This document shows, piece after piece, positions 1 through 12,730 of a stretch of DNA of 64,000 nt. This DNA is from Alphaproteobacteria bacterium (GTDB taxonomy: Bacteria; Pseudomonadota; Alphaproteobacteria; GCA-2731375), in assembly GCA_965232515.1 (NCBI GenBank), contig CBDDPY010000002.1, positions 4,096,001-4,160,000 on the forward strand, given 5' to 3'. The notes beneath the pieces are model-generated. The model ran no database searches and had not been told where the DNA came from. It was given only the letters and a program-made list of their open reading frames with translations. The stretch's first letter is position 1; each line of letters starts with the position of its first letter. Both the position numbers and the translations under genes were made by a program.

Positions 1-1
1 C

Positions 2-919
2 GATCATCCGACCGACCGGTCGAGTCATAGCGCGCCGACGCCGCGCGGCGGCGGTATCGCCATCATGGCGACGCTTCTGCTGATCTGGGGCGTCGTCGCC
101 GTGGCCGCATCGGCGCGCCCGACCGGCATCGCGATCGTTTTGTTCGCCGCCGTCGGCCTGAGCGCCCTCTCATTCATCGACGACCTGCGCGGCCTGCCCG
201 TCATCACCCGCCTCGCGGCGCAGGTTGTTGCCGTGGCCATCGGTCTCACCGCCTTGCCGGCCGATATGCCTGTGTTCCAGGGCCTGTTTCAGCCGACGAT
301 GGACCTGCTGCTGACCGCCCTGCTGTGGCTCTGGTTCGTGAACCTGTTCAACTTCATGGACGGTATCGACGGCATCAGCGGCGTCGAGGGCGCGGCCGTC
401 GGAATCGGCGTCATGCTGGTGGCGCTGGTCGGCGGCATTGCCCCGGAATGGGCGCTTTACGGCGTCGCGCTGGCCGGCGCCGTGCTGGGTTTCCTGCGTT
501 GGAACTGGCCGCCGGCGCAGGTGTTCATGGGCGATGTCGGCAGCGTCGGGATCGGCTTCCTCGGCGGCTGGCTGCTTCTCAGTCTGGCGGCATACGGCCA
601 GTGGGTCGCCGCGTTGATCCTGCCGCTCTACTACCTGGCGGACGCCACCATCACGCTGTTTCGCCGTCTGCTGCGCGGCGAACGGGTCTGGCGGGCGCAT
701 CGCAGCCACTATTATCAACGGGCGGCCGAAACGCTGGGCAGCCACGGTGCCGTCAGCCTGGGAATCGCGGCAACCAACGTCAGCCTGGTCTGCCTCGCCG
801 TCTCGGCGGCGGCCGCGCCGGGCTCGCGGGCAACGGCGCTCACGCTCGCAATTGCTGTCACGGCCGGCTTGTTGTGGTATTTCGCATCCCGAACGGACAG
901 GCAGGGCGAAGGCGAATAG
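2..919 (+). CDS. MraY/WecA/WbpL-family polyprenyl-phosphate sugar-1-phosphate transferase (glycosyltransferase family 4), 5'-truncated by window edge
   Basis: Frame is open from position 2 (DHPTDRSSHSAPTPRGGGIAI). Motifs NLFNFMDGIDG, FMGDVGS and AHRSHYYQ; multiple TM helices. Confidence 0.9.
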   Translation, partial: DHPTDRSSHSAPTPRGGGIAIMATLLLIWGVVAVAASARPTGIAIVLFAAVGLSALSFIDDLRGLPVITRLAAQVVAVAIGLTALPADMPVFQGLFQPTMDLLLTALLWLWFVNLFNFMDGIDGISGVEGAAVGIGVMLVALVGGIAPEWALYGVALAGAVLGFLRWNWPPAQVFMGDVGSVGIGFLGGWLLLSLAAYGQWVAALILPLYYLADATITLFRRLLRGERVWRAHRSHYYQRAAETLGSHGAVSLGIAATNVSLVCLAVSAAAAPGSRATALTLAIAVTAGLLWYFASRTDRQGEGE

Positions 920-929
920 CGCCGGAGCG

Positions 930-2846
930 ATGCAGCAACCATACCTGAACAAGCGGATCGCCACCGTTGCGGCGCACGACATCGTCATGGCGGCGCTGTC
1001 GTTCGAACTGGCGATCTGGATCCGCTACTACACCTACGGCGCGCCGCAGTCGTTCGGCTTCCTGTGGGACGGCACGCTGCTGTTCGCCGCCGTCGCCGCC
1101 GTTGTGTTCTGGGCCATGGGCCTCTATCGCGGTATCTGGCACTACGCCTCGCTGTCGGACCTGATGGCGATCATCAAGGCGGTCAGCCTGGCGCTATTGG
1201 TGTTCCTGCCAGTGCTGTTCGTGGTCACGCGGCTGGAGAATTTCCCGCGCAGCGCGATCTTCATCCAGTGGCCGATCCTGGTGTTCCTGCTGGCCGGACC
1301 GCGCCTGCTCTACCGCTACTACAAGGACGGCAACCTGGCGGCGCTGCGCCAGTCACCCAACGACGCGCGCGTGCCGGTGCTGCTGGCTGGCGCCGGCGAC
1401 CGGGCGGAGATGTTCATCCGCGAGATGACCCGCTCGCCGCGCGCCGCCTATCGCGTCGTCGGTATCGTCGACGACAAGCCGCAGCGTATCGGCCGCGACA
1501 TCCGCGGCGTGCGCGTGCTGGGCGATCTGTCGAGCATCGACGAGGTGGCCGCGAAGCTGGCGAAATCCGGCCGGGCGCCGCAGCGTCTGATCATCGCGTC
1601 CAACCGCTATGACGGCGCCACCGTCGGCCGGATCCTGGACACCGCCGACCGCCTGGGCCTGAAACTGTCGCGCATGCCGCGGCTGACCGATTTCGCCAGC
1701 GACGACAACGGCGCCCGCCTGGACCTGCGGCCGATCGATGTGGAAGACCTGCTGGGTCGGCCACAGCAGGTGTTGGACCGCGACGCCATGCGGCGGCTGA
1801 TCGGCGACCGGCGAATTCTGATCACCGGGGCCGGCGGCACCATCGGATCGGAGCTGGCCCGCCAGATTGCCGCCTTCGCGCCGAGCCGCCTGGCGCTGCT
1901 TGAGAATTCCGAGCACGCGCTCTACCGCATCGACCTGGAACTGGACGAACGTTTCCCGGATCTGGACCGGTCGCCGATCCTGGGCGACGTACGCGATCCG
2001 CGCCGCCTGTCGGTGGTGTTCGAGCGCGAACGGCCGGACCTCGTGTTCCATGCCGCCGCCTTCAAGCATGTGCCCATGGTCGAGGCCAATCCGAACGAGG
2101 GCGTGCTGACCAACGTGCTGGGCACCGCAAACGTGGCGGAAGCCTGCCGCAACGCCGGCGTCAGCGCCATGGTGATGATCTCGACCGACAAGGCCGTGAA
2201 TCCCTCGAGCGTCATGGGCGCCACCAAGCGCATCGCCGAGATGGTCTGCCAGGGACTGAGCCTGGGCGGCCACGATACGCGCTATGTGACGGTGCGCTTC
2301 GGCAACGTGCTGGGTTCGACCGGTTCGGTGGTGCCGCTGTTTCAACGGCAACTGGCGGCGGGTGGCCCGATCACGGTGACCGATCCCGATGTCACCCGTT
2401 ACTTCATGACCACGCGCGAGGCCGTCGAGCTGGTGCTGCAGGCCTCGGCCCTGGCGCCCGATGACGATGAGGCCGGCAAGATTCACGTGCTGGACATGGG
2501 CGAGCCGGTGCGCATTCAGGATCTGGCCCAGCAGATGATCCGGTTGGCCGGCCTGAAGGCAGGCAAGGACATCGAGATCGTCTTCACCGGCCTGCGGCCC
2601 GGCGAGAAGCTGACCGAAGAATTGTTCCATGCCAGCGAGGCGCCGGCGCCGACCGGCGCGCCGGGCATCCTGCTGGCCGCACCCCGGGTCATCGACTACG
2701 ACCTGCTGCGGCCGCAGATCGACAAGCTCGCCGCCGCGGCCGAGGCCCGGCGCACCGACGAGACGCTGGCCTTGATCGGCCACCTGGTGCCGGAGTATCA
2801 GGGCGCACCGCCGCCGTCCGCGCGCGCCGGCGCATCGCACCGCTAA
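930..2846 (+). CDS. Membrane-anchored nucleoside-diphosphate sugar 4,6-dehydratase (CapD/WbpM/PglF family)
   Basis: ATG at 930 after GGAG. Four N-terminal TM segments; [54 protein letters not shown]. Confidence 0.93.
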   Translation: MQQPYLNKRIATVAAHDIVMAALSFELAIWIRYYTYGAPQSFGFLWDGTLLFAAVAAVVFWAMGLYRGIWHYASLSDLMAIIKAVSLALLVFLPVLFVVTRLENFPRSAIFIQWPILVFLLAGPRLLYRYYKDGNLAALRQSPNDARVPVLLAGAGDRAEMFIREMTRSPRAAYRVVGIVDDKPQRIGRDIRGVRVLGDLSSIDEVAAKLAKSGRAPQRLIIASNRYDGATVGRILDTADRLGLKLSRMPRLTDFASDDNGARLDLRPIDVEDLLGRPQQVLDRDAMRRLIGDRRILITGAGGTIGSELARQIAAFAPSRLALLENSEHALYRIDLELDERFPDLDRSPILGDVRDPRRLSVVFERERPDLVFHAAAFKHVPMVEANPNEGVLTNVLGTANVAEACRNAGVSAMVMISTDKAVNPSSVMGATKRIAEMVCQGLSLGGHDTRYVTVRFGNVLGSTGSVVPLFQRQLAAGGPITVTDPDVTRYFMTTREAVELVLQASALAPDDDEAGKIHVLDMGEPVRIQDLAQQMIRLAGLKAGKDIEIVFTGLRPGEKLTEELFHASEAPAPTGAPGILLAAPRVIDYDLLRPQIDKLAAAAEARRTDETLALIGHLVPEYQGAPPPSARAGASHR

Positions 2847-2868
2847 AGACCCCGAACCGGAGCCGTCC

Positions 2869-4460
<1,592 letters not shown>

Positions 4461-4464
<4 letters not shown>

Positions 4465-5855
4465 CCGGCGGCGGGCGAGCGCTCCTCGCGGACGGCCAGC
4501 ATCATCAGGCCGCCGACGACCAGGAAGACGACGATGGTGGCGATGCCGATGCGCTGGCTGTTGGCGACACCGGTAACAATGCCGATAACCAGTGGCGCGA
4601 TGAACGCCGTCGCTTTGCCGGAAAGCGCGTAGAGGCCATAGAACTCGCCGATCATCTTAGGCGGCGCCAGGCGCGCCAGCATGGTGCGGCTGGCCGCCTG
4701 GGCCGGTCCGCCGAAGATCCCAATCATCATGCCGAAGACCAGGAATACCTGCTCGGCGAGCGTGCCGAACATCGCCAGCTCGGCCGGCCGTTCGTGCTCG
4801 TAATTCATGACGAACAGCACCGTGTGCCGCTCGAGATTGCCGCCGAGCGGCGTCACCGTGATCGAAACCACGCCCACGGTCGCCACCACCAGGCCGGCGA
4901 CGGCGATCAGGATCGTGCGCTTGGAACCGATGCGGTCGTCGAGCCAGCCGCCGATGCCGGCACCGATAGCAGCGACGATGATCAGAACGATGCCGAAAAT
5001 GCCGAGCTGCGTTGTCTGCCAGCCGAAGATGCCGGCGGCGTAGATACCGCCGAAGGCGAACACCGCAGTCAGGCCGTCGAAATAGATCATCCGCGCCACC
5101 AGGTAGAGCGCGATGTTCTTGTAATGCCGCAATTGCCGCAGGGTGCCGGCGAGCTGCCGCAGCCCGCGGCGCACGGCTTCGCCACGGCCCAGCCCGCTGG
5201 GGCGCGCATCGGGCGTGAACAGGAACAGCGGGATCACGAAGATGACGATCCAGATGGCCGTCAACGGGCCGACCATGCGGTCATGCTCGTGCATTGCTTT
5301 GTCGAAACCAAATAGCGGCACCTCCGGCAGGCTGAACCCGCCGAGGACGATGGCGAGCGCCAGCAGGCCGCCGACATAGCCGAGCGCCCAGGCATAGCCG
5401 CTGAGCCGGCCGAGCCGCTCTTCCGAGACCAGGCTCGGCATCATGGCGTTGTTGAAGACGATCGAGAACTCGGCGCCGATCGAGGCGATCACGATGGTCA
5501 ACAGGATCAGGAAGATGGCGCCGCCGGACGCCCCGGGCAGAGCAAACCACAACATCGTGCAGGCGACGACGCACAAGAGCTGGAACCAGAAGATCCAGGG
5601 CTTGCGCGGGCCGCCGGCGTCCGCGATCGCGCCCAGCACCGGGCTCATGAGCGCGATGACGACGCCGGCCGCGGCCTGGCCGTAACCCCAATACTCCTGC
5701 CCCAGCGTCGGATTGCCCACCACGAAGGAGGTGAAATAGGGCGCGAAAATAAAGGTGGTGACGAGCGTGAAATAGGGCTGGTTGGCCCAATCGAACATCG
5801 CCCAGCTGAACTGCGCCAGGCGGCTCGCGGGCACGGCCGGGGCCGGCGCGCTCAA
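4461..5855 (-). CDS. MFS transporter (Atg22/UMF1-like)
   Basis: [25 protein letters not shown], about 12 TM helices, [17 protein letters not shown] start is uncertain. Confidence 0.88.
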
Positions 5856-5933
5856 CGGCCCACGGTTCCGGTTGCCGGCACTGCGCGGTCGAACGGCATC
5901 GACCGCGTCAGTTGAAACGAATCAGCTTAATCA

Positions 5934-8900
5934 TCAATGGACGATCATCATCCGAATATTGCGATTGGCAAGCGCCAGTTTCGAAATATCGAGGCCGCTG
6001 GCCTCGAAATCGTCCAACATCGTTGCACTGCGGGCGACCGCCGTCTCGTTCTGCGCACACCAGCCGGTGACCGCCTGCTCGCCGCCGGCGCCGTTCGCCG
6101 TGTCGAGCACGATGCGCGTCAGCGCCCGCTGCTGGCCGAACAGATCCTCGACAATGGCGGCGATCGCCGTGCGATCCCAATGGCTTTCGGCATGCAGCAT
6201 CTCCGCTTCGCTGCGCAGCCAATCGAGCCGCAAGCGCTCGCCAAGCACAAAATAGACCCAGCCCACGTCCTCGACCGGCCGGCCGGTGGCGCCGGCCACC
6301 TGCACGATGTCGCAAGCGGCGATCAACGGGTCCAGGCTGGCCACACGGCGGGCAAGATCCTTGGGCACGCCCTGATCGGCGTAGCGCTTGATCCGGACCG
6401 CGAGCGACTTCGCCTCGCGTTTACCCAGCATGGCGTCCAGTCCATCCATGATCTTGGCGATGCCGGGCTTGTATGTATTCAGCACGGTCGCGATGCGCAG
6501 CGGCTGCTCCATGTTGCGCAGCAGCCACATGGTCGTGCGGCGCAACAGGTTGACGCTTTGCAGCATCATCTCGATCTGCTGATCGGCGGGCACCTTGTTG
6601 TCGAGCGCCTCGATGCCATTCCACAGCCGCCGCATGTCGAAGGCGTCGCGCGCCACGGCATAGGCGCGGGCGATGGCGCCGGCATCGCAGCCGGTTTCCT
6701 GCTTGACGTCATGCACAAAGGTGACGCCGGTGCGGTTGACGATCGAGTTGGCCATCACCGTGGCGATAATCTCGGATCGCAGGCGATGCGACATGATCGC
6801 CGACTTGTATTGCTTGCGCAGCGGCCGGGGGAAGTACTTCACCAGATCGTTGGTCAGGTATTCGGATTCCGTCAGGTCGCTGTTCGCCAGCTCCTTGTCC
6901 AACACCATCTTGGCGTAGGCCAGCAGCACCGACAGCTCGGGCCGGGTCAGGCCCTGACCGACGGCGGACAGCTCCTGCACGGTATCGTCGTTCGGCAGGA
7001 ACTCGATCGCCCGGTCGAGCTGTCCGGCGCGCTCCAGCTCGCGCATGAAGCGGGCATGCGGCTCGAGCAGCGCAGGGCCCTGGCTCTCCAGCATGCTGAG
7101 CGCCTGGGTCTGCAGGTAATTGTCGCGCAGCACCAGATCGCCGACCTCGTCGGTCATCTCGGCCAAGAGGCGGTTGCGCTGCTTGCCGGTCATCTCGCCG
7201 TCGGCGACGATGGCGTCGATCAGGATCTTGATGTTGACCTCGTGGTCGGAACAGTCGACGCCGGCGGAATTGTCCACCGCGTCGGTGTTGACCCGGCCGC
7301 CGGCCTGAGCGAACTCAATGCGGCCGCGCTGGGTGCAGCCGAGATTGCCGCCCTCGCCGATTACCTTGCAGCGCAGCTCCGCGCCGTTCACCCGCAGCGG
7401 ATCGTTCGCCCGGTCGCCGACATCGTTGTTGTTCTCGTCGGCCGCCTTGACATACGTGCCGATGCCGCCGAACCAGAGCAGATCCGCATCGGCCTTGAGC
7501 AGCGCGCGCATCAGATCGTTCGGCGTCGCCCGCTCCTGCGACAGGCCGGTCAGCCGCTTGATCTCGGGCGTCAGCGTGATCGATTTCGCCTTGCGGTCGA
7601 AGACGCCGCCGCCCGCCGAGATCAGCTTCTCGTCATAGTCGAGCCATGAGGACCGCGGCAGACCGAACATCCGCTTGCGTTCCTTCCAGCTCTTGGCCGG
7701 GTGGGGATCGGGATCGATGAAGATGTGCCGGTGGTCGAAGGCCGCCAGCAGCCGGGTCTGCTTCGACAGCAGCATGCCGTTGCCGAACACGTCGCCCGAC
7801 ATGTCGCCGACGCCGACAACGGTGAAGTCCGCTTTCTGAATGTCGCGGCCGAGCTCGCGGAAATGGCGCTTGACCGACTCCCAGGCGCCTTTCGCCGTAA
7901 TGCCCATCTTCTTGTGGTCATAGCCGGCGGCGCCGCCCGAGGCGAAGGCATCGCCGAGCCAGAAGCCGTAGTCGATGGCGACCCCGTTGGCGATATCCGA
8001 GAACGTCGCCGTGCCCTTGTCGGCGGCGACGACGAGATAGGGATCGTCATCGTCGTAGCGCATGACGTCCGGCGGCGGCACCACCTCGCCGCCGGCCAGG
8101 TTGTCGGTAACGTCCAGCAGACCGCTGATGAAGGTCTTGTAGCAGGCGACGCCCTCGGCCATGAAGGCTTCGCGGTCGCCGCTTGCCGGCAACCGCTTGG
8201 GCACGAAGCCGCCCTTGCTGCCGACCGGCACGATGACGGCGTTCTTGACCATCTGCGCCTTCATCAAACCCAGTACCTCGGTGCGGAAGTCCTCACGCCG
8301 GTCGGACCAGCGCAGGCCGCCGCGGGCGACCTTGCCGCCGCGCAGATGCACGCCCTCGACGCGCGGCGAATAGACGAAGATCTCTCGGAACGGCCGCGGC
8401 AACGGCAGCTCGGCCACCGCCTGGCTGTCGAACTTCACCGACACATACGACCTCGGCTGACCGTCGTCGCCCGGCCGATAGAAGTTGGTGCGCAGAGTCG
8501 ACAGCACGAGATTGAGGAAGCGCCGCAGAATGCGGTCCTCGTCCAGGCTGACGACCTCGTCGAGCGCGAGCTCGATTTCGCCCGCCAAGGTCTCGGCCCG
8601 CTCGCCCCGCTGGCCCTCGAAATGGGGATCGAAGCGGGTGTGGAACAGCGCCACCAGCAGCCGAGTGATCTTGGGATTGCCGGCGAGCGTGTCCTCGACA
8701 TAGTCCTGGCTGAAGGTCATGCCGGCCTGGCGAAGGTACTTGGCATAGGCACGGATGATGACGACATCGCGCCAGCTCAGACCGGCCCGCATCACCAGCC
8801 GGTTGAAGCCGTCGTCCTCGACCTCGCCGCGCCAGACCTTGTCGAAGGCGTCCTCGAACTTCGCCTTCAGCTCGGCCAGGTCCAGCTCGGCCCCGGTCGG

Positions 8901-10790
8901 ATCCTCCATATGGAAGTCGTGGATCCAGATGTCGTCGGCGCCCTCGGGGTGGGCCAGGAACGGCTCCTCGCTAATCACTCTAAGGCCCATATGCTCGAGC
9001 ATGGGCAGGCAGTCCGACAGCGGTACCGCGGCGCCGGGATGATAGATCTTGAACCGCACCGCGTAGGCCGGATCCTCGATCGAGCAATAGAAGTTCAGCG
9101 CGACGTCGTCGGGTCCGTCGAGCGCCTCCATCTTCTCGATATCGTTCATCGCCAGATCGGCGTTGAAGGCTTCGTTATAGGAGGTCGGAAACGCCTCGCC
9201 ATATTTATGCGCCAGCCGGTTGCCGCCCTCCTCGCCCCAGCGCTCGATCAGCGCGTCGTAGAGATCGTCATGCCAGGAGCGGGCGGCGGCGATCAGCCGC
9301 GATTCGATCTGGGCGTAATCGACCGACTTCGGCGTCTTGCCCGGATCGGTGCCGATGACGTAATGCAGCCGCGCCAGTGGCGCGTCGCTGATCTGGGTGT
9401 AGAAGTTCGACAGCCGGCCGTTGAAGGCGTCGACCAGGATCTTGTCGAAGCGCCGGCGCAGCGTCGTGTTCCAGCGCTCGCGCGGAATGAAAACGATACA
9501 CGAGAAAAAGCGGTCGAACTTGTCCTGCCGGGCGAACAGGCGGATGCGCGGCCGTTCCGCCAAACCCAGAATGCCGGTCGAGATCTGGAACAGCGTGTCG
9601 ACATCGATCTGGAACAGCTCGTCGCGGGGATAGCTTTCCAGAATGTGGACCAGCGCCTTGCCGTCGTGGCTGGAGGGCTCGACGCGGGCGCGTTCCAATG
9701 TCTGCCGAACTTTCCGCCGCAGCAGCGGGATGTCGCGCGGCGTGCGGCTGTAGGCCGACGAGGTGAACAGGCCGATGAAGCGGCGTTCGCCCGTGAGCTT
9801 GCCCTTGGCGTCGTAACGCTTGATCGCCACGTAATCCATGTGCACCGGCCGGTGCACGGTGCCCCGCGCGCTGGTCTTCGAGATCAGCATCAATTCAGGC
9901 CGCTCGAGGAACTGCTGCAGGATCGGCGCCAGACCGCCGCGGCCCGCCGGCCCCACCATCACCGACCGCTCCGACAAGCGCAGCAGGCCCAGACCCGACC
10001 CCTCGACGATCTTCAGATCGTCCTTGCCGTTGCGCTTGCTCAGGCTGTAGTCGCGGCTGCCGAGGAAGGTGAAATGGTTGTCCCGCATCCAGGTCAGGAA
10101 GGCCTTTGTCTCCTCGACCTCTTCCTTTTCCAACGGCGGCGGCGTCTTGGTCAATTCGGCAATCGTGTCGTCAAGGCGCGCCAGGATCGGCTGCCAATCC
10201 TCCACCGCCGACCTGACGTCCTGCAGAACGCCTTTCAGGCCGGTTGCAATCTCGTCCAGAACCTTGGGATCCGACTGCTCGTCGATCTCAACGTGCATGA
10301 CGGATTCGGCGACCGCGCCGGCGTTCCGGCCATTGCCGTTCTTCTTGCCGTCGGTCTCGGCGATGCCGGTGCGGCGCCCGTTGGCGTCCCGGATCACGCG
10401 GATGATCGGATGGATCGTCAGATGAACGACATGACCGCGACGGGTGAGATAGCCGGTAATCGAGTCGACCAGGAACGGCATGTCGTCGTTGACGATCTCG
10501 ACGATCGTATGCGCCGACTTCCAGCCATGCGCCTCGACCCGAGGATTGTAGACCCGGACACGGGCTTCGCCCGATTTGCGCTGTTCGGCGAACTTCCAAA
10601 TCGCCAGCGCCGCGCCGTACAGGCTGTCGACGGGAAATTCGAGCACGTCTTCCGGCGCCAACCGCTCGTAGAACCTGGCCACGAATGTCTGAATATCGCC
10701 GGCATCTTTTGCGGCCATGCGACCGCGAACCTGGCCGATGACCTGTTCCAGTCGCTCGGCCTTCTCCTGATACGCGCGCATCGACTGCAT
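5934..10790 (-). CDS. Large (about 1600 aa) NAD-specific glutamate dehydrogenase (GDH2 type)
   Basis: DDMPFLVDS, GGLRWSDRREDFRTEVLGLMKAQMVKNAVIVPVGSKGGF, AADKGTATFSD, GYDHKKMGITA, DNSAGVDCSDHEVNIK. ATG 10790 chosen for its GAGGGA RBS. Confidence 0.96.
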   Translation of the reverse strand: MQSMRAYQEKAERLEQVIGQVRGRMAAKDAGDIQTFVARFYERLAPEDVLEFPVDSLYGAALAIWKFAEQRKSGEARVRVYNPRVEAHGWKSAHTIVEIVNDDMPFLVDSITGYLTRRGHVVHLTIHPIIRVIRDANGRRTGIAETDGKKNGNGRNAGAVAESVMHVEIDEQSDPKVLDEIATGLKGVLQDVRSAVEDWQPILARLDDTIAELTKTPPPLEKEEVEETKAFLTWMRDNHFTFLGSRDYSLSKRNGKDDLKIVEGSGLGLLRLSERSVMVGPAGRGGLAPILQQFLERPELMLISKTSARGTVHRPVHMDYVAIKRYDAKGKLTGERRFIGLFTSSAYSRTPRDIPLLRRKVRQTLERARVEPSSHDGKALVHILESYPRDELFQIDVDTLFQISTGILGLAERPRIRLFARQDKFDRFFSCIVFIPRERWNTTLRRRFDKILVDAFNGRLSNFYTQISDAPLARLHYVIGTDPGKTPKSVDYAQIESRLIAAARSWHDDLYDALIERWGEEGGNRLAHKYGEAFPTSYNEAFNADLAMNDIEKMEALDGPDDVALNFYCSIEDPAYAVRFKIYHPGAAVPLSDCLPMLEHMGLRVISEEPFLAHPEGADDIWIHDFHMEDPTGAELDLAELKAKFEDAFDKVWRGEVEDDGFNRLVMRAGLSWRDVVIIRAYAKYLRQAGMTFSQDYVEDTLAGNPKITRLLVALFHTRFDPHFEGQRGERAETLAGEIELALDEVVSLDEDRILRRFLNLVLSTLRTNFYRPGDDGQPRSYVSVKFDSQAVAELPLPRPFREIFVYSPRVEGVHLRGGKVARGGLRWSDRREDFRTEVLGLMKAQMVKNAVIVPVGSKGGFVPKRLPASGDREAFMAEGVACYKTFISGLLDVTDNLAGGEVVPPPDVMRYDDDDPYLVVAADKGTATFSDIANGVAIDYGFWLGDAFASGGAAGYDHKKMGITAKGAWESVKRHFRELGRDIQKADFTVVGVGDMSGDVFGNGMLLSKQTRLLAAFDHRHIFIDPDPHPAKSWKERKRMFGLPRSSWLDYDEKLISAGGGVFDRKAKSITLTPEIKRLTGLSQERATPNDLMRALLKADADLLWFGGIGTYVKAADENNNDVGDRANDPLRVNGAELRCKVIGEGGNLGCTQRGRIEFAQAGGRVNTDAVDNSAGVDCSDHEVNIKILIDAIVADGEMTGKQRNRLLAEMTDEVGDLVLRDNYLQTQALSMLESQGPALLEPHARFMRELERAGQLDRAIEFLPNDDTVQELSAVGQGLTRPELSVLLAYAKMVLDKELANSDLTESEYLTNDLVKYFPRPLRKQYKSAIMSHRLRSEIIATVMANSIVNRTGVTFVHDVKQETGCDAGAIARAYAVARDAFDMRRLWNGIEALDNKVPADQQIEMMLQSVNLLRRTTMWLLRNMEQPLRIATVLNTYKPGIAKIMDGLDAMLGKREAKSLAVRIKRYADQGVPKDLARRVASLDPLIAACDIVQVAGATGRPVEDVGWVYFVLGERLRLDWLRSEAEMLHAESHWDRTAIAAIVEDLFGQQRALTRIVLDTANGAGGEQAVTGWCAQNETAVARSATMLDDFEASGLDISKLALANRNIRMMIVH

Positions 10791-11240
10791 CGCTGGGCGT
10801 TCCCTCAGTGCCGTTTGCGCGGGCTCTCCAGCCGCCCCCATCGCGCCCTATTTCACCGGTCGCGCAAACGTAAACAAAAGCTTACTCGTTTCACGTTACG
10901 ATACAATGCCAGCGGCAAGGTGTACCGAAGGTTAACTTTCCCAACCCGATCCGTAGTCGTTGACGCGCCTGACAACCGCGGGCGAAACTGCGGTGTCATA
11001 TCGCAGAACAAATCATAGAAAGCGGCAGCAGGGGGAAGAAGCAAGGAAACGCCGGGGTCGTGCCCAGGCAGCCACGGTCGCATCGGCGGTTCCCCGCCCC
11101 TGCGGCCGCCGTGGCCGCATGCCCGATCTCGCCGACCATCAGCTTTTTTAGTTTGGGCGGCGCGCCAGCACGCCAAACCGTGGAAGCGGGTATCGCCGCC
11201 ACGACGACTGGCGCCCGAAAACAATGCGAGGAGAGAAACC

Positions 11241-12596
11241 ATGGCGGTGACCGATCACGTAAACCTCGATCAGTTCATGGAAGGCCTGAAGCGGCGTAAT
11301 CCGGGCGAGACCGAGTTCCACCAGGCGGTCTACGAAGTGGCGGCGAACGTCTTCGACTACATCGAGGACAAGGAGATCTATCACGCGCAGCAGATCCTGC
11401 GCCGGATCGCCGAGCCGGATCGGATCATCATCTTCCGCGTCTGCTGGGAAGACGACAACGGCAACATCCGGGTCAACCGCGGCTATCGGGTGCAGAACAA
11501 CAACTCCATCGGCCCCTACAAGGGCGGCATCCGGTTCCACCCCAGCGTCAACTTGAGCATTCTGAAGTTCCTGGCCTTCGAGCAGACCTTCAAGAACAGC
11601 CTGACCGGCCTGCCCATGGGCGGCGGCAAGGGCGGTGCCGATTTCAACCCACGGGGCAAATCGGACAACGAGGTGATGCGCTTCTGCCAGTCCTTCATGA
11701 CCGAGCTGCACCGGCATGTGGGCGAGGACGTCGACGTGCCGGCCGGCGATATCGGCGTCGGCGCCCGCGAGATCGGCTACATGTTCGGCCAGTACAAGCG
11801 GCTGGAGAACCGGTTCGTCGGCGTGCTGACGGGCAAGGGCATGGAGTTCGGCGGCAGCCCGATCCGCACCGAGGCCACCGGCTACGGCACGGTCTACTTC
11901 ATGCATGACATGCTGGCCGTGAAGAAGGACGCGATCGACGGCAAGAACTGCCTGGTCTCGGGCTCGGGCAACGTCGCAACCTACGCCGTCGAGAAGATCA
12001 ACCAGCTCGGCGGCAAGGTCGTCACGCTGTCGGACTCGTCCGGCTATATCTATGACAAGGACGGCATCGACGACGACAAGCTGGCCTATATCGTCGATCT
12101 GAAGACCGTGCGCCGCGGCCGCATCGAAGAAGCGGCGAAGGAATTCAAGTGCGAGTTCCATGCCGGCAAGCGGCCCTGGGAAGTACCCTGCGACCTCGCG
12201 TTCCCGTGCGCCACGCAAAACGAGATCAGCACCGACGAAGCCAAGCTGCTGATCAAGAACGGCTGCATGGGCGTGTCCGAAGGTGCCAACATGCCGACCG
12301 AGCAGGACGGCATCCACGCCTTCACCAATGCCAAGATCCTGTTCGCGCCCAGCAAGGCGGCCAATGCCGGCGGCGTCGCCGTCTCCGGCCTGGAAATGAG
12401 CCAGAACAGCGCCCGGATCACCTGGAAGGAACAGGAGCTGCAGGACCTGCTGCGCAACATCATGCAGGGCATCCACGACAATTGTCAGGAATACGGCGCC
12501 GAGGCCGGCAGCGACTATGTCGACTATGTGAAGGGCGCCAACATCGCCGGATTCATCAAGGTCGCCGACGCGATGATTGCCTACGGCGTGGTCTGA
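11241..12596 (+). CDS. gdhA: Hexameric NADP-type glutamate dehydrogenase
   Basis: GPYKGGIRFHPSV, GGGKGG, DVPAGDIGVG, RTEATGYG, GSGNVA, EGANMP, NAGGVAVS; GAGGAG RBS. Confidence 0.96.
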   Translation: MAVTDHVNLDQFMEGLKRRNPGETEFHQAVYEVAANVFDYIEDKEIYHAQQILRRIAEPDRIIIFRVCWEDDNGNIRVNRGYRVQNNNSIGPYKGGIRFHPSVNLSILKFLAFEQTFKNSLTGLPMGGGKGGADFNPRGKSDNEVMRFCQSFMTELHRHVGEDVDVPAGDIGVGAREIGYMFGQYKRLENRFVGVLTGKGMEFGGSPIRTEATGYGTVYFMHDMLAVKKDAIDGKNCLVSGSGNVATYAVEKINQLGGKVVTLSDSSGYIYDKDGIDDDKLAYIVDLKTVRRGRIEEAAKEFKCEFHAGKRPWEVPCDLAFPCATQNEISTDEAKLLIKNGCMGVSEGANMPTEQDGIHAFTNAKILFAPSKAANAGGVAVSGLEMSQNSARITWKEQELQDLLRNIMQGIHDNCQEYGAEAGSDYVDYVKGANIAGFIKVADAMIAYGVV

Positions 12597-12618
12597 GCGC
12601 CCGCCGGCAAGACCTTTC

Positions 12619-12651
12619 GGGCCGCGCCGGAATGGCGCGGCCCTTTTCTTT
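12619..12651 (+). terminator. Intrinsic terminator after gdhA
   Basis: GGGCCGCGCC-ggaat-GGCGCGGCCC followed by TTTTCTTT. Confidence 0.85.
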
Positions 12652-12730
12652 GCCCGGGCCCCGCGATTCAAGTAGAAGACGAGCCGTCCCGCCGCGTTTC
12701 GGCGGCCGTTCGGATCGGTCCCTCGGATTC

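Noticed and set aside
7701-11018. Very long antisense or alternative-frame ORFs (also 1353-3191, 37701-40079, 41824-43818, 47792-50557)
   Set aside because: They are shadows of well-supported genes on the opposite strand, expected in high-GC DNA, and show no recognisable motifs.
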